From Shigella phage SH-2: 64,000 nt of DNA. The stretch lies in the sequence record PQ642267. One strand, given 5' to 3'. Within the stretch, counting starts at the first letter, position 1, and each line of letters starts with the position of its first letter. Positions 38,271 to 55,839 of the stretch are shown piece after piece. Position numbers and translations under genes: made by a program. Below the pieces are notes generated by a model that saw only the letters and a list, made by a program, of their open reading frames with translations, was not told the origin of the DNA and ran no database searches.

Positions 38271-41200
38271 CAGTAAAAGCACCTTCAGTCACTAGTCTCA
38301 GAATTTCCAAGTTATCCGCAAATCAGGTGCAAGTACGCTGGGATGACGTTGGTGCTAATTTCTACTATTTTGTAGAAATCGCTGAGACAAAAACAAACTC
38401 GGGGGAAAATCTCCCGAGTAATCAATACAGATGGATTAACTTAGGATATACTGCAAATAACAGCTTCTTTTTTGATGATGCTGACCCATTGACATCATAC
38501 GTTATTAGAGTAGCTACAGCTGCACAAGATTTTGAGCAGTCTGATTGGATTTATACCGAAGAGTTTGAAACTTTTGCTACAAATGCTTATACATTTCAAA
38601 ACATGATTGAAATGCAATTAGCTAATAAATTCATTCAGGAAAAATTTACTCTTAATAATTCTGATTACGTTAATTTTAACAATGACACTATAATGGCTGC
38701 ATTGATGAATGAATCGTTCCAATTCAGCCCGTCATATGTTGATGTTTCATCAATAAGTAATTTTATTATTGGTGAAAATGAGTATCATGAAATACAAGGT
38801 TCTATTCAGCAAGTATGTAAGGATATTAACCGAGTTTATTTGATGGAATCAGAAGGGATTCTATACCTTTTTGAGCGCTATCAACCTGTAGTTAAAGTAT
38901 CCAATGATAAAGGACAAACTTGGAAAGCTGTAAAGCTCTTCAATGACCGCGTAGGATATCCTTTATCTAAGACAGTATATTACCAATCTGCGAACACAAC
39001 ATACGTTCTAGGATACGACAAGATTTTCTATGGCCGCAAATCTACTGATGTTAGATGGTCAGCTGATGATGTTAGATTTAGTTCTCAGGATATAACATTT
39101 GCTAAACTTGGCGACCAATTACATTTAGGATTTGATGTAGAAATTTTTGCCACTTACGCAACTTTGCCAGCGAATGTATATCGCATTGCAGAAGCTATTA
39201 CTTGCACCGATGATTACATTTACGTTGTCGCCAGAGACAAAGTTAGATACATAAAAACGAGTAATGCACCTATAGATTCTGATCCATTATCTCCAACATA
39301 TTCGGAAAGGCTTTTTGAACCTGATACAATGACTATAACCGGAAATCCTAAAGCAGTATGCTATAAAATGGATTCTATTGGTGATAAAGTTTTTGCTCTT
39401 ATTATTGGTGAAGTTGAAACATTAAATGCTAATCCTAGAACATCAAAAATAATTGATTCTGCTGATAAAGGAATATATGTTTTAAATCACGACACAAAAA
39501 CATGGAAAAGAGTTTTTGGCAACACTGAAGAAGAAAGAAGACGTATTCAACCAGGGTATGCGAATATGTCAACTGATGGTAAATTAGTTTCTCTATCATC
39601 GAGTAATTTTAAATTTCTAAGTGATAATGTTGTTAATGACCCTGAAACTGCAGCAAAATATCAGTTAATCGGTGCTGTTAAATATGAATTTCCTCGTGAA
39701 TGGTTAGCTGATAAGCATTATCATATGATGGCATTTATAGCAGATGAAAAGTCTGATTGGGAAACTTTTACTCCTCAGCCGATGAAATACTACGCAGAAC
39801 CATTCTTTAACTGGTCTAAAAAATCTAACACACGTTGTTGGATAAACAACTCCGATAGGGTTGTAGTAGTTTATGCTGATTTAAAATACACTAAAGTTAT
39901 TGAAAATTTTCCAGAAACATCACCAGATAGATTAGTTCATGAATACTGGGATGATGGCGATTGTACTATAGTAATGCCAAATGTTAAATTCACTGGATTT
40001 AAAAAATATGCATCTGGGATGCTTTTCTATAAAGCCTCCGGTGAAATAATTTCTTACTATGATTTTAACTATCGTGTTAGAGACACCGTCGAAATTATTT
40101 GGAAGCCAACTGAAGTATTTTTAAAAGCATTTTTACAAAACCAAGAGCATGAAACTCCTTGGTCGCCTGAAGAAGAGCGTGGATTAGCTGACCCTGATTT
40201 AAGACCGTTGATTGGCACAATGATGCCTGATTCTTATTTGTTACAGGATTCGAATTTTGAGGCATTTTGCGAAGCATATATTCAATATCTTTCTGATGGA
40301 TATGGAACCCAATATAACAATTTACGAAATTTAATTCGTAACAAATATCCACGAGAAGAGCATGCATGGGAATATTTGTGGTCAGAGATATATAAAAGAA
40401 ACATTTATTTAAATGCTGACAAACGTGATGCTGTTACAAGATTTTTCGAATCACGTAGCTATGATTTTTATTCTACTAAAGGAATTGAAGCATCATACAA
40501 ATTTCTTTTTAAAGTTCTTTATAATGAAGAGGTTGAAATTGAAATTGAATCTGGGGCTGGTACTGAATATGATATAATCGTTCAATCCGATTCTTTGACT
40601 GAAGATTTAGTAGGACAAACGATTTATACAGCTACAGGAAGATGTAATGTTACTTATATAGAAAGAAGTTATTCTAACGGTAAATTGCAATGGACCGTAA
40701 CTATTCATAATCTTTTGGGAAGATTAATTGCCGGTCAAGAAGTTAAAGCAGAAAGACTCCCTAGTTTTGAAGGCGAAATTATTCGTGGAGTTAAAGGGAA
40801 GGATTTGCTTCAAAATAATATAGACTATATTAATAGAAGTCGGTCATATTATGTAATGAAAATTAAATCCAATTTACCTTCTTCCCGCTGGAAATCTGAC
40901 GTTATTCGTTTTGTTCATCCAGTAGGATTTGGATTTATAGCAATTACCCTTTTAACAATGTTTATTAATGTTGGTTTAACTCTTAAACATACAGAGACTA
41001 TAATTAATAAATACAAAAACTACAAATGGGATTCTGGATTGCCTACTGAATATGCTGATAGAGTAGCTAAATTAACTCCAACCGGTGAAATTGAGCATGA
41101 TTCGGTAACAGGCGAAGCAATTTATGAGCCTGGCCCAATGGCTGGCGTAGAATATCCTCTTCCTGATGACTATAATGCTGAAAATAACAATTCAATATTT

Positions 41201-41365
41201 CAAGGTCAATTGCCGTCTGAACGACGTAAATTAATGAGTCCTTTATTCGATGCATCTGGAACAACATTTGCACAATTTAGGGATTTAGTTAATAAACGTC
41301 TAAAAGATAATATAGGAAATCCAAGAGACCCTGAAAATCCAACACAGGTTAAAATAGATGAATGA
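38267..41365 (+). CDS. 7: gp7 baseplate wedge protein
   Basis: 1032 aa, T4 length and order. Confidence 0.9.
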   Translation: MTVKAPSVTSLRISKLSANQVQVRWDDVGANFYYFVEIAETKTNSGENLPSNQYRWINLGYTANNSFFFDDADPLTSYVIRVATAAQDFEQSDWIYTEEFETFATNAYTFQNMIEMQLANKFIQEKFTLNNSDYVNFNNDTIMAALMNESFQFSPSYVDVSSISNFIIGENEYHEIQGSIQQVCKDINRVYLMESEGILYLFERYQPVVKVSNDKGQTWKAVKLFNDRVGYPLSKTVYYQSANTTYVLGYDKIFYGRKSTDVRWSADDVRFSSQDITFAKLGDQLHLGFDVEIFATYATLPANVYRIAEAITCTDDYIYVVARDKVRYIKTSNAPIDSDPLSPTYSERLFEPDTMTITGNPKAVCYKMDSIGDKVFALIIGEVETLNANPRTSKIIDSADKGIYVLNHDTKTWKRVFGNTEEERRRIQPGYANMSTDGKLVSLSSSNFKFLSDNVVNDPETAAKYQLIGAVKYEFPREWLADKHYHMMAFIADEKSDWETFTPQPMKYYAEPFFNWSKKSNTRCWINNSDRVVVVYADLKYTKVIENFPETSPDRLVHEYWDDGDCTIVMPNVKFTGFKKYASGMLFYKASGEIISYYDFNYRVRDTVEIIWKPTEVFLKAFLQNQEHETPWSPEEERGLADPDLRPLIGTMMPDSYLLQDSNFEAFCEAYIQYLSDGYGTQYNNLRNLIRNKYPREEHAWEYLWSEIYKRNIYLNADKRDAVTRFFESRSYDFYSTKGIEASYKFLFKVLYNEEVEIEIESGAGTEYDIIVQSDSLTEDLVGQTIYTATGRCNVTYIERSYSNGKLQWTVTIHNLLGRLIAGQEVKAERLPSFEGEIIRGVKGKDLLQNNIDYINRSRSYYVMKIKSNLPSSRWKSDVIRFVHPVGFGFIAITLLTMFINVGLTLKHTETIINKYKNYKWDSGLPTEYADRVAKLTPTGEIEHDSVTGEAIYEPGPMAGVEYPLPDDYNAENNNSIFQGQLPSERRKLMSPLFDASGTTFAQFRDLVNKRLKDNIGNPRDPENPTQVKIDE

Positions 41366-42362
41366 TTCAAGTGTTATCTATCGTGCGATAGTTACTTCAA
41401 AATTTAGAACAGAAAAAATGTTGAATTTTTATAATTCAATTGGAAGTGGTCCGGATAAAAACACTATCTTTATCACATTTGGAAGATCAGAACCGTGGTC
41501 ATCAAATGAAAATGAGGTGGGATTTGCCCCACCTTATCCCACCGATTCTGTATTAGGTGTAACTGACATGTGGACTCATATGATGGGAACCGTGAAGGTT
41601 CTTCCATCTATGCTCGATGCAGTTATTCCTCGTAGAGATTGGGGAGATACTAGATATCCTGATCCATACACATTTAGAATTAACGATATTGTAGTGTGTA
41701 ACTCAGCTCCTTACAATGCTACTGAATCAGGTGCAGGCTGGTTAGTATATCGTTGTTTAGATGTTCCTGACACGGGAATGTGTTCAATAGCATCTTTAAC
41801 TGATAAAGATGAATGCCTTAAGTTAGGTGGAAAATGGACTCCTTCTGTTAGGTCAATGACTCCTCCTGAAGGTCGAGGAGACGCGGAAGGAACAATCGAG
41901 CCTGGAGACGGATATGTTTGGGAATATCTTTTTGAGATTCCGCCTGATGTATCTATAAATAGATGCACGAATGAATATATCGTGGTTCCTTGGCCTGAGG
42001 AATTAAAAGAAGACCCGACTAGATGGGGGTATGAAGATAATCTCACTTGGCAACAAGATGATTTTGGATTAATTTACCGTGTTAAGGCAAATACTATCCG
42101 TTTTAAAGCATATTTAGATTCAGTTTATTTTCCTGAAGCTGCACTGCCAGGAAATAAAGGATTTAGACAAATATCAATAATCACGAATCCTCTTGAAGCT
42201 AAAGCTCATCCAAATGACCCAAACGTTAAAGCTGAAAAGGATTATTATGATCCGGAAGATTTAATGAGGCATTCGGGCGAAATGATTTATATGGAAAATA
42301 GGCCACCTATTATCATGGCAATGGATCAAACAGAAGAAATCAATATTCTGTTTACATTTTAA
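41358..42362 (+). CDS. 8: gp8 baseplate wedge protein
   Basis: 334 aa, T4 length and order. Confidence 0.9.
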   Translation: MNDSSVIYRAIVTSKFRTEKMLNFYNSIGSGPDKNTIFITFGRSEPWSSNENEVGFAPPYPTDSVLGVTDMWTHMMGTVKVLPSMLDAVIPRRDWGDTRYPDPYTFRINDIVVCNSAPYNATESGAGWLVYRCLDVPDTGMCSIASLTDKDECLKLGGKWTPSVRSMTPPEGRGDAEGTIEPGDGYVWEYLFEIPPDVSINRCTNEYIVVPWPEELKEDPTRWGYEDNLTWQQDDFGLIYRVKANTIRFKAYLDSVYFPEAALPGNKGFRQISIITNPLEAKAHPNDPNVKAEKDYYDPEDLMRHSGEMIYMENRPPIIMAMDQTEEINILFTF

Positions 42363-42367
42363 CTTAA

Positions 42368-42390
42368 GGGAGCCCATGGGCTCCCTTTTT
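42368..42390 (+). terminator. rho-independent terminator after gene 8
   Basis: GGGAGCC-CATG-GGCTCCC hairpin followed by TTTTT. Confidence 0.65.
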
Positions 42391-42393
42391 CTT

Positions 42394-42401
42394 TATAAAT
42401 A
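42394..42401 (+). promoter_or_regulatory. late promoter TATAAATA (gene 9)
   Basis: Exact TATAAATA 25 nt upstream of ATG at 42426. Confidence 0.65.
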
Positions 42402-42425
42402 CTATAAACTCATAAGGAAACCGCT

Positions 42426-43292
42426 ATGTTCATTCAAGAACCAAAGAAATTGATTGATACCGGCGAAATTGGTAACGCTTCTACTGGTGATATCTTATTC
42501 GACGGTGGTAATAAAATTAATAGTGATTTTAACGCAATTTATAATGCGTTTGGCGATCAACGTAAAATGGCAGTAGCAAATGGCACTGGAGCAGATGGCC
42601 AAATTATCCATGCTACTGGATATTATCAAAAACACTCTATTGCAGAGTACGCAACTCCAGTAAAAGTTGGCACTAGGCATGATATTGATACCTCTACTGT
42701 AGGTGTTAAAGTTATCATTGAAAGAGGCGAACTTGGCGACTGCGTTGAATTTATTAACTCAAATGGATCTATATCAGTTACTAATCCTTTAACAATTCAA
42801 GCCATTGATTCAATTAAAGGTGTTTCGGGTAATTTAGTAGTAACTAGCCCATATAGTAAAGTAACTTTACGTTGTATTTCATCTGATAATTCTACATCGG
42901 TTTGGAATTATTCTATTGAAAGCATGTTTGGACAAAAGGAATCACCAGCTGAAGGTACATGGAATATTTCTACATCCGGATCAGTTGATATTCCACTATT
43001 TCATCGTACTGAATATAACATGGCTAAATTGTTAGTTACATGCCAATCAGTAGATGGAAGAAAAATTAAAACAGCAGAAATAAATATTCTTGTGGATACT
43101 GTTAATTCAGAGGTCATTTCTTCTGAATATGCTGTCATGCGAGTTGGGAATGAAACCGAAGAAGACGAAATCGCTAATATTGCATTTAGTATTAAAGAAA
43201 ATTATGTAACGGCGACTATAAGTTCTCCAACTGTCGGTATGAGAGCAGCAGTTAAAGTTATCGCTACGCAGAAAATCGGGGTGGCTCAATAA
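42426..43292 (+). CDS. 9: gp9 baseplate protein (long tail fiber socket)
   Basis: 288 aa, T4 length and order. Confidence 0.9.
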   Translation: MFIQEPKKLIDTGEIGNASTGDILFDGGNKINSDFNAIYNAFGDQRKMAVANGTGADGQIIHATGYYQKHSIAEYATPVKVGTRHDIDTSTVGVKVIIERGELGDCVEFINSNGSISVTNPLTIQAIDSIKGVSGNLVVTSPYSKVTLRCISSDNSTSVWNYSIESMFGQKESPAEGTWNISTSGSVDIPLFHRTEYNMAKLLVTCQSVDGRKIKTAEINILVDTVNSEVISSEYAVMRVGNETEEDEIANIAFSIKENYVTATISSPTVGMRAAVKVIATQKIGVAQ

Positions 43293-45100
43293 TGAAACAA
43301 AATATTAATATCGGTAATGTTGTTGATGATGGTACCGGTGACTACCTGCGTAAAGGTGGTATAAAAATAAATGAAAACTTTGATGAGCTTTATTATGAGC
43401 TTGGTGATGGAGATGTTCCATATTCAGCCGGTGCCTGGAAAACTTATGATGCTTCATCTGGCCAAACACTAAAAGCTGAGTGGGGAAAATCATACGCTAT
43501 TAATACCTCTTCTGGAAGAGTGACTATAAATCTTCCAAAAGGAACTGTCAATGATTACAACAAGGTAATTAGAGCTAGAGACGTATTTGCTACATGGAAC
43601 GTCAACCCAGTTACATTAGTAGCTGCTTCCGGCGATACGATTAAAGGGTCTGCAGTACCAGTTGAAATTAATGTTCAATTCAGCGATTTGGAATTAGTGT
43701 ATTGCGCCCCAGGACGTTGGGAATATGTCAAAAATAAGCAAATTGACAAAATTACCAGTTCAGACATCAGTAATGTAGCTCGTAAAGAATTTTTAGTCGA
43801 AGTCCAAGGGCAAACAGACTTTTTAGATGTTTTCCGTGGAACTAGTTATAACGTAAATAACATCAGAGTAAAACATCGTGGTAACGAATTGTATTACGGC
43901 GATGTATTTAGTGAAAACAGTGATTTTGGCTCTCCGGGCGAAAATGAAGGAGAACTAGTTCCTCTTGATGGATTTAATATTCGATTAAGACAGCCTTGTA
44001 ATATTGGTGACACTGTTCAAATCGAAACATTTATGGATGGTGTATCGCAGTGGAGAAGTTCATATACAAGACGTCAAATTAGATTGTTAGATTCAAAATT
44101 AACGTCAAAAACTTCTTTAGAAGGAAGCATTTACGTTACTGATTTATCAACAATGAAATCAATTCCATTTTCAGCTTTTGGATTAATTCCAGGTGAACCT
44201 ATTAATCCTAATTCTCTTGAGGTTCGTTTTAATGGAATTTTACAAGAATTGGCTGGAACAGTTGGAATGCCATTATTTCATTGTGTTGGTGCCGATTCAG
44301 ACGATGAAGTAGAATGCTCTGTTTTAGGTGGAACTTGGGAACAGTCTCATACAGACTATTCAGTTGAAACTGATGAAAACGGCATACCGGAAATTTTACA
44401 TTTCGATAGAGTATTTGAGCATGGCGACATTATCAATATCACCTGGTTTAATAATGATTTAGGTACATTATTAACAAAAGACGAGATTATTGATGAAACT
44501 GATAATCTCTATGTATCGCAAGGACCAGGAGTAGATATTTCCGGTGATGTAAATTTAACAGACTTCGATAAAATTGGTTGGCCAAATGTAGAAGCAGTTC
44601 AATCCTATCAACGCGAATTTAATGCTGTTTCAAATATCTTTGATACGATTTATCCTATTGGAACTATATATGAAAACGCTGTTAATCCAAATAACCCTGT
44701 TACATATATGGGATTCGGCTCATGGAAATTATTTGGGCAAGGAAAAGTTTTAGTTGGATGGAATGAAGATATTTCGGACCCTAACTTTGCTCTAAATAAC
44801 AACGATTTAGATTCGGGTGGAAATCCTTCACATACTGCAGGCGGAACAGGTGGTTCTACTTCTGTTACATTGGAAAATGCTAATCTTCCTGCAACTGAGA
44901 CAGATGAAGAAGTTCTAATAGTTGATGAAAATGGATCAGTCATTGTTGGTGGATGTCAATACGATCCAGATGAATCCGGTCCAGTTTACACGAAATACCG
45001 TGAAGCTAAAGCATCTACTAACTCTACTCACACTCCGCCAACATCAATAACTAACATTCAACCATATATTACAGTTTATCGTTGGATAAGGATTGCATAA
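43292..45100 (+). CDS. 10: gp10 baseplate wedge protein
   Basis: 602 aa, T4 length and order. Confidence 0.9.
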   Translation: MKQNINIGNVVDDGTGDYLRKGGIKINENFDELYYELGDGDVPYSAGAWKTYDASSGQTLKAEWGKSYAINTSSGRVTINLPKGTVNDYNKVIRARDVFATWNVNPVTLVAASGDTIKGSAVPVEINVQFSDLELVYCAPGRWEYVKNKQIDKITSSDISNVARKEFLVEVQGQTDFLDVFRGTSYNVNNIRVKHRGNELYYGDVFSENSDFGSPGENEGELVPLDGFNIRLRQPCNIGDTVQIETFMDGVSQWRSSYTRRQIRLLDSKLTSKTSLEGSIYVTDLSTMKSIPFSAFGLIPGEPINPNSLEVRFNGILQELAGTVGMPLFHCVGADSDDEVECSVLGGTWEQSHTDYSVETDENGIPEILHFDRVFEHGDIINITWFNNDLGTLLTKDEIIDETDNLYVSQGPGVDISGDVNLTDFDKIGWPNVEAVQSYQREFNAVSNIFDTIYPIGTIYENAVNPNNPVTYMGFGSWKLFGQGKVLVGWNEDISDPNFALNNNDLDSGGNPSHTAGGTGGSTSVTLENANLPATETDEEVLIVDENGSVIVGGCQYDPDESGPVYTKYREAKASTNSTHTPPTSITNIQPYITVYRWIRIA

Positions 45101-45759
45101 TGAGTTTACTTAATAATAAAGCGGGAGTTATTTCCCGCTTAGCCGATTTTCTTGGTTTTAGACCTAAAACTGGCGACATCGATGTAATGAATCGTCAATC
45201 AGTTGGGTCAGTGACAATTTCTCAACTAGCGAAAGGATTTTATGAACCAAACGTAGAATCAGCTATTAATGATGTTCATAATTTTTCTATAAAAGACGTT
45301 GGTACAATTATTACTAATAAAACTGGTGTTTCTCCTGAGGGTGTTTCTCAAACTGATTATTGGGCGTTTTCGGGAACTGTAACAGATGATTCGCTTCCTC
45401 CTGGTTCTCCTGTTACTGTATTAGTATTCGGTCTTCCAGTTTCAGCAACAACCGGAATGACAGCTATTGAGTTTGTCGCCAAAGTTCGTGTTGCTCTACA
45501 AGAAGCTATTGCGTCATTTACTGCTATCAATTCATATAAAGACCATCCAACCGATGGTAGTAAATTAGAAGTTACTTATTTAGATAATCAGAAACATGTA
45601 TTAAGCACATATTCCACATATGGAATAACTATTTCCCAAGAAATTATTTCAGAATCTAAGCCTGGATATGGCACATGGAATTTGCTTGGTGCACAAACTG
45701 TAACTTTAGATAATCAGCAAACTCCAATAGTACTTTATCATTTTGAGAGAACAGCATGA
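45100..45759 (+). CDS. 11: gp11 baseplate wedge / short-tail-fiber connector
   Basis: ATG at 45100 overlaps gp10 stop (TAATG); 219 aa as in T4. Confidence 0.85.
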   Translation: MSLLNNKAGVISRLADFLGFRPKTGDIDVMNRQSVGSVTISQLAKGFYEPNVESAINDVHNFSIKDVGTIITNKTGVSPEGVSQTDYWAFSGTVTDDSLPPGSPVTVLVFGLPVSATTGMTAIEFVAKVRVALQEAIASFTAINSYKDHPTDGSKLEVTYLDNQKHVLSTYSTYGITISQEIISESKPGYGTWNLLGAQTVTLDNQQTPIVLYHFERTA

Positions 45760-47339
45760 GTAATAATACATATCAACACGTTTCTAATGAATCTCGCTAT
45801 GTAAAATTTGATCCAACTGGTACAAATTTTCCGGCAGAGATTACTGATGTTCAGGCTGCTATAGCAGCCATTTCTCCTGCTGGTGTAAATGGAGTTCCTG
45901 ACGCATCATCAACAACAAAGGGAATTTTATTTCTTGCCACTGAACAGGAAGTTATCGACGGAACTGATAATACCAAAGCAGTTACACCAGCAACGTTGGC
46001 AACAAGATTATCTTATCCAAACGCAACTGAAACTGTTTATGGATTAACAAGATATTCAACCAATGATGAAGCAATTGCCGGAGTTAATAATGAATCTTCT
46101 ATAACTCCTGCTAAATTTACTGTTGCCCTTAATAATGCCTTTGAAACTCGTGTTTCAACTGAATCATCAAATGGAGTTATTAAAATTTCATCTCTACCAC
46201 AAGCATTAGCTGGCGCAGATGATACTACTGCGATGACTCCGTTAAAAACACAGCAGTTAGCTATTAAACTAATTGCGCAAATCGCTCCTTCTGAAACCAC
46301 AGCTACCGAATCGGACCAAGGTGTTGTTCAATTAGCGACAGTAGCTCAAGTTCGTCAAGGAACATTAAGAGAAGGCTATGCAATTTCTCCTTATACGCTA
46401 ATGAATTCTACTGCTACTGAAGAATATAAAGGCGTAATTAAATTAGGAACACAATCAGAAGTTAACTCGAATAATGCTTCTGTTGCTGTTACTGGCGCAA
46501 CTCTTAATGGTCGTGGTTCTACAACGTCTATGAGAGGCGTAGTTAAATTAACTACAACCGCCGGCTCACAGAGTGGAGGTGATGCTTCATCAGCATTAGC
46601 TTGGAATGCTGATGTTATCCACCAAAGAGGTGGTCAAACGATTAATGGAACACTTCGCATTAATAATACGCTCACAATAGCTTCAGGCGGAGCAAATATT
46701 ACCGGAACAGTTAACATGACCGGTGGTTATATTCAGGGTAAGCGTGTTGTAACACAGAATGAAATAGATAGAACTATTCCTGTCGGAGCTATTATGATGT
46801 GGGCGGCAGATAGTCTTCCTAGTGATGCTTGGCGCTTCTGCCATGGCGGAACTGTTTCAGCATCAGATTGTCCATTATATGCTTCTAGAATTGGAACAAG
46901 ATACGGCGGAAGCTCATCAAATCCTGGATTACCTGATATGCGTGGTCTTTTTGTTCGTGGCTCTGGTCGTGGCTCTCACTTAACAAATCCAAACGTTAAT
47001 GGTAATGACCAATTTGGTAAGCCTAGATTAGGTGTAGGTTGTACCGGTGGATATGTTGGCGAAGTGCAAAAACAGCAGATGTCTTATCATAAACACGCTG
47101 GCGGATTTGGTGAGCATGATGATTCTGGAGCATTCGGTAATACCCGTAGATCAAATTTTGTTGGTACACGTAAAGGACTTGACTGGGATAACCGTTCATA
47201 TTTCACCAATGACGGATATGAAATTGACCCAGCATCACAACGAAATTCCAAATATACACTAAATCGTCCTGAATTAATTGGAAATGAAACACGTCCATGG
47301 AACATTTCTTTAAACTACATAATTAAGGTAAAAGAATGA
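45756..47339 (+). CDS. 12: gp12 short tail fiber
   Basis: 527 aa, T4 length and order. Confidence 0.9.
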   Translation: MSNNTYQHVSNESRYVKFDPTGTNFPAEITDVQAAIAAISPAGVNGVPDASSTTKGILFLATEQEVIDGTDNTKAVTPATLATRLSYPNATETVYGLTRYSTNDEAIAGVNNESSITPAKFTVALNNAFETRVSTESSNGVIKISSLPQALAGADDTTAMTPLKTQQLAIKLIAQIAPSETTATESDQGVVQLATVAQVRQGTLREGYAISPYTLMNSTATEEYKGVIKLGTQSEVNSNNASVAVTGATLNGRGSTTSMRGVVKLTTTAGSQSGGDASSALAWNADVIHQRGGQTINGTLRINNTLTIASGGANITGTVNMTGGYIQGKRVVTQNEIDRTIPVGAIMMWAADSLPSDAWRFCHGGTVSASDCPLYASRIGTRYGGSSSNPGLPDMRGLFVRGSGRGSHLTNPNVNGNDQFGKPRLGVGCTGGYVGEVQKQQMSYHKHAGGFGEHDDSGAFGNTRRSNFVGTRKGLDWDNRSYFTNDGYEIDPASQRNSKYTLNRPELIGNETRPWNISLNYIIKVKE

Positions 47340-48799
47340 CAGATATTGTACTGAATGACTTACCATTCGTTGACGGCCCTCCTGCAGAGGGCCAGAGCCG
47401 CATTTCCTGGATTAAAAACGGCGAAGAAATATTAGGAGCTGACACACAGTATGGAAGTGAAGGCTCAATGAATAGACCTACAGTTTCTGTACTAAGAAAT
47501 GTTGAAGTTCTTGATAAAAACATCGGAATACTTAAAACATCTTTAGAAACCGCAAATAGTGATATTAAAACAATTCAGGGCATCTTAGATGTATCTGGTG
47601 ATATTGAAGCTTTGGCCCAAATAAGTATCAATAAAAAGGATATTTCTGACCTTAAAACGCTAACCAGTGAACATACAGAAATATTAAATGGGACTAATAG
47701 TACGGTTGACAGCATTCTTGCTGATATTGGTCCATTTAACTCCGAGGCCAACTCTGTATACAGAACGATCAGAAATGATTTACTGTGGATAAAGCGTGAA
47801 CTTGGACAATACACAGGCCAAGATATTAATGGTCTTCCTGTTGTAGGAAATCCTAGCACAGGAATGAAGCATCGCATTATTAATAATACTGATGTCATCA
47901 CTTCACAGGGAATACGTTTAAGCGAATTAGAAACAAAATTTATTGAATCTGATGTAGGTTCTTTAACTATTGAAGTTGGTAATCTTCGCGAAGAGCTTGG
48001 ACCTAAACCACCGTCATTTTCACAAAACATCTACAGTCGTTTAAATGAAATTGACACTAAACAGACAACAGTTGAGTCTGACATTAGTGCTATTAAGACC
48101 TCAATAGGATATCCAGGAAATAATTCGATTATCACGAGTGTTAATACAAACACTGATAATATTGCATCTATTAATTTAGAGCTAAATCAAAGTGGAGGTA
48201 TTAAACAACGTTTAACCGTTATTGAAACTTCTATTGGTTCAGATGATATTCCTTCGAGTATTAAAGGTCAAATCAAAGATAATACGACTTCAATTGAAGC
48301 TCTAAATGGAATCGTCGGCGAAAACACTTCATCTGGTTTAAGAGCGAATGTTTCGTGGTTAAACCAAATTGTTGGAACTGATTCTAGCGGTGGACAACCT
48401 TCTCCTCCTGGGTCTCTTTTAAACCGAGTTTCTACAATTGAAACTTCTGTTTCAAGCTTGAACAACGATGTTCAGAACCTACAAGTAGAGATTGGTAATA
48501 ACAGCACAGGAATTAAAGGGCAAGTTGTAGCATTAAATACTTTAGTAAATGGAACTAATCCAAACGGTTCAACTGTCGAAGAACGTGGATTAACCAATTC
48601 AATAAAAGCTAACGAAACCAACATTGCATCAGTTACACAAGAAGTAAATACAGCCAAAGGTAGTATATCTTCTCTGCAAGGTGATGTTCAAGCTCTACAA
48701 GAAGCAGGTTATATTCCTGAAGCTCCAAAAGATGGTCAAGCTTACGTTCGTAAAGACGGCGAATGGGTATTACTTTCTACCTTTTTATCACCAGCATAA
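47336..48799 (+). CDS. wac: fibritin (whisker antigen control, neck whiskers)
   Basis: 487 aa; extended heptad coiled coil; C-terminal foldon [27 protein letters not shown]. Confidence 0.95.
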   Translation: MTDIVLNDLPFVDGPPAEGQSRISWIKNGEEILGADTQYGSEGSMNRPTVSVLRNVEVLDKNIGILKTSLETANSDIKTIQGILDVSGDIEALAQISINKKDISDLKTLTSEHTEILNGTNSTVDSILADIGPFNSEANSVYRTIRNDLLWIKRELGQYTGQDINGLPVVGNPSTGMKHRIINNTDVITSQGIRLSELETKFIESDVGSLTIEVGNLREELGPKPPSFSQNIYSRLNEIDTKQTTVESDISAIKTSIGYPGNNSIITSVNTNTDNIASINLELNQSGGIKQRLTVIETSIGSDDIPSSIKGQIKDNTTSIEALNGIVGENTSSGLRANVSWLNQIVGTDSSGGQPSPPGSLLNRVSTIETSVSSLNNDVQNLQVEIGNNSTGIKGQVVALNTLVNGTNPNGSTVEERGLTNSIKANETNIASVTQEVNTAKGSISSLQGDVQALQEAGYIPEAPKDGQAYVRKDGEWVLLSTFLSPA

Positions 48800-48802
48800 C
48801 AT

Positions 48803-48830
48803 GGGGCCGCAAGGCCCCAAAGGATTTTTA
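48803..48830 (+). terminator. hairpin after wac (weak T-run)
   Basis: GGGGCC-GCAA-GGCCCC followed by A/T-rich tract. Confidence 0.4.
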
Positions 48831-48831
48831 A

Positions 48832-50533
<1,702 letters not shown>

Positions 50534-50574
50534 TAAATATTATAAACTAATTAAAGCCCAGATTAGGAGAAATC

Positions 50575-53715
<3,141 letters not shown>

Positions 53716-53743
53716 TATTAAAGCATATTAAAGAGGATTAAAA

Positions 53744-55723
53744 ATGACTTTATTATCTCCGGGCATTGAGCTCAAAGAAACTACGGTTCAAAGCACCGTG
53801 GTTAATAACTCTACTGGTACAGCAGCTTTGGCCGGTAAATTCCAGTGGGGTCCTGCTTTTCAAATTAAACAGGTTACAAATGAAGTAGATTTAGTTAATA
53901 CTTTTGGTCAACCTACAGCTGAAACTGCTGACTATTTTATGTCTGCAATGAATTTCTTACAATACGGAAATGATTTGCGAGTTGTGCGTGCTGTCGATAG
54001 AGATACCGCTAAAAACTCATCTCCAATTGCCGGTAATATTGAATACACTATTTCTACCCCAGGTAGTAACTACGCGGTTGGAGATAAAATCACGGTTAAG
54101 TATGTTTCAGAAGACATTGAAACAGAATGTAAAGTTACCGAAGTAGATGCTGATGGAAAAATTAAGAAAATTAATATTCCTACCGCAAAAATTATCGCTA
54201 AAGCGAAAGAAGTAGGCGAATATCCAGCATTAGGTTCTAACTGGACCGCGGAAATTTCTTCGTCTTCCTCTGGTTTAGCTGCAGTAATAACTCTTGGAAA
54301 AATTATTACTGATTCTGGTATTTTATTAGCTGAAATTGAAAATGCCGAAGCTGCTATGACAGCTGTTGACTTTCAAGCAAATCTCGAAAAATATGGAATT
54401 CCAGGAGTAGTAGCTCTTTATCCAGGCGAGTTGGGCGATAAAATTGAAATTGAAATCGTATCTAAAGCTGACTACGCAAAAGGTGCTTCTGCATTACTTC
54501 CAATTTATCCAGGCGGCGGCACACGCGCATCTACTGCCAAAGCAGTGTTTGGATACGGACCACAAACTGATTCACAATACGCTATTATAGTTCGTCGCAA
54601 TGATGCTATTGTTCAAAGCGTTGTTCTTTCAACGAAGCGTGGTGAAAAAGATATTTACGATAGTAACATCTATATTGATGACTTTTTCGCAAAAGGTGGT
54701 TCAGAATATATTTTCGCAACTGCACAAAACTGGCCAGAAGGCTTCTCTGGAATTTTAACTCTGTCTGGTGGATTATCGTCAAATGCTGAAGTAACAGCAG
54801 GAGATTTGATGGAAGCTTGGGACTTCTTTGCTGACCGTGAATCTGTTGACGTTCAGTTGTTTATTGCGGGTTCTTGCGCCGGCGAATCTTTAGAAACAGC
54901 ATCTACTGTCCAAAAACACGTCGTTTCAATTGGTGATGCTCGCCAAGATTGCTTAGTACTGTGCTCACCACCGCGTGAAACTGTAGTTGGAATTCCTGTA
55001 ACTCGTGCTGTTGATAACTTAGTCAATTGGAGAACTGCAGCAGGTTCATACACTGATAACAACTTTAATATCAGTTCAACCTATGCAGCAATCGATGGTA
55101 ACTACAAGTATCAGTATGACAAATATAATGATGTGAATCGTTGGGTTCCATTAGCAGCTGATATTGCTGGTTTGTGTGCAAGAACTGATAACGTTTCTCA
55201 GACTTGGATGTCTCCAGCTGGTTATAATCGTGGCCAGATTCTTAACGTTATTAAACTTGCTATTGAAACTCGCCAGGCGCAACGCGACCGTTTATATCAA
55301 GAAGCTATCAACCCAGTAACTGGTACAGGTGGTGATGGTTACGTATTGTATGGTGATAAAACAGCTACTTCTGTTCCTTCTCCATTTGATCGTATTAACG
55401 TTCGTCGTCTGTTTAATATGTTGAAAACGAATATCGGACGTAGTTCAAAATATCGTTTGTTCGAATTAAACAACGCGTTTACTCGTTCATCGTTCCGCAC
55501 AGAAACTTCCCAGTACTTACAGGGAATTAAAGCTCTCGGTGGAATTTATGAATATCGTGTAGTTTGCGATACAACAAATAACACTCCGTCAGTAATTGAT
55601 AGAAATGAGTTTGTTGCAACATTCTACATTCAACCGGCTAGAAGCATTAACTACATTACCTTAAACTTCGTAGCAACTGCTACTGGTGCAGATTTCGATG
55701 AGTTAACTGGTCTTGCAGGTTAA
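53744..55723 (+). CDS. 18: tail sheath protein
   Basis: 659 aa, T4 length and order. Confidence 0.95.
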   Translation: MTLLSPGIELKETTVQSTVVNNSTGTAALAGKFQWGPAFQIKQVTNEVDLVNTFGQPTAETADYFMSAMNFLQYGNDLRVVRAVDRDTAKNSSPIAGNIEYTISTPGSNYAVGDKITVKYVSEDIETECKVTEVDADGKIKKINIPTAKIIAKAKEVGEYPALGSNWTAEISSSSSGLAAVITLGKIITDSGILLAEIENAEAAMTAVDFQANLEKYGIPGVVALYPGELGDKIEIEIVSKADYAKGASALLPIYPGGGTRASTAKAVFGYGPQTDSQYAIIVRRNDAIVQSVVLSTKRGEKDIYDSNIYIDDFFAKGGSEYIFATAQNWPEGFSGILTLSGGLSSNAEVTAGDLMEAWDFFADRESVDVQLFIAGSCAGESLETASTVQKHVVSIGDARQDCLVLCSPPRETVVGIPVTRAVDNLVNWRTAAGSYTDNNFNISSTYAAIDGNYKYQYDKYNDVNRWVPLAADIAGLCARTDNVSQTWMSPAGYNRGQILNVIKLAIETRQAQRDRLYQEAINPVTGTGGDGYVLYGDKTATSVPSPFDRINVRRLFNMLKTNIGRSSKYRLFELNNAFTRSSFRTETSQYLQGIKALGGIYEYRVVCDTTNNTPSVIDRNEFVATFYIQPARSINYITLNFVATATGADFDELTGLAG

Positions 55724-55758
55724 TACGGTGCATTCTAAAGGCCTGTTTCGGCAGGCCA

Positions 55759-55825
55759 TATAAATACACTATATCCTTAATTCTTTAATTCTATATGCCC
55801 TAGGTTAAACATAGGGATATAAATA
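55759..55825 (+). promoter_or_regulatory. two late promoters TATAAATA (55759-55766 and 55818-55825) for gene 19
   Basis: Two exact TATAAATA copies upstream of ATG at 55840. Confidence 0.6.
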
Positions 55826-55839
55826 CTACAGAGGCTAAT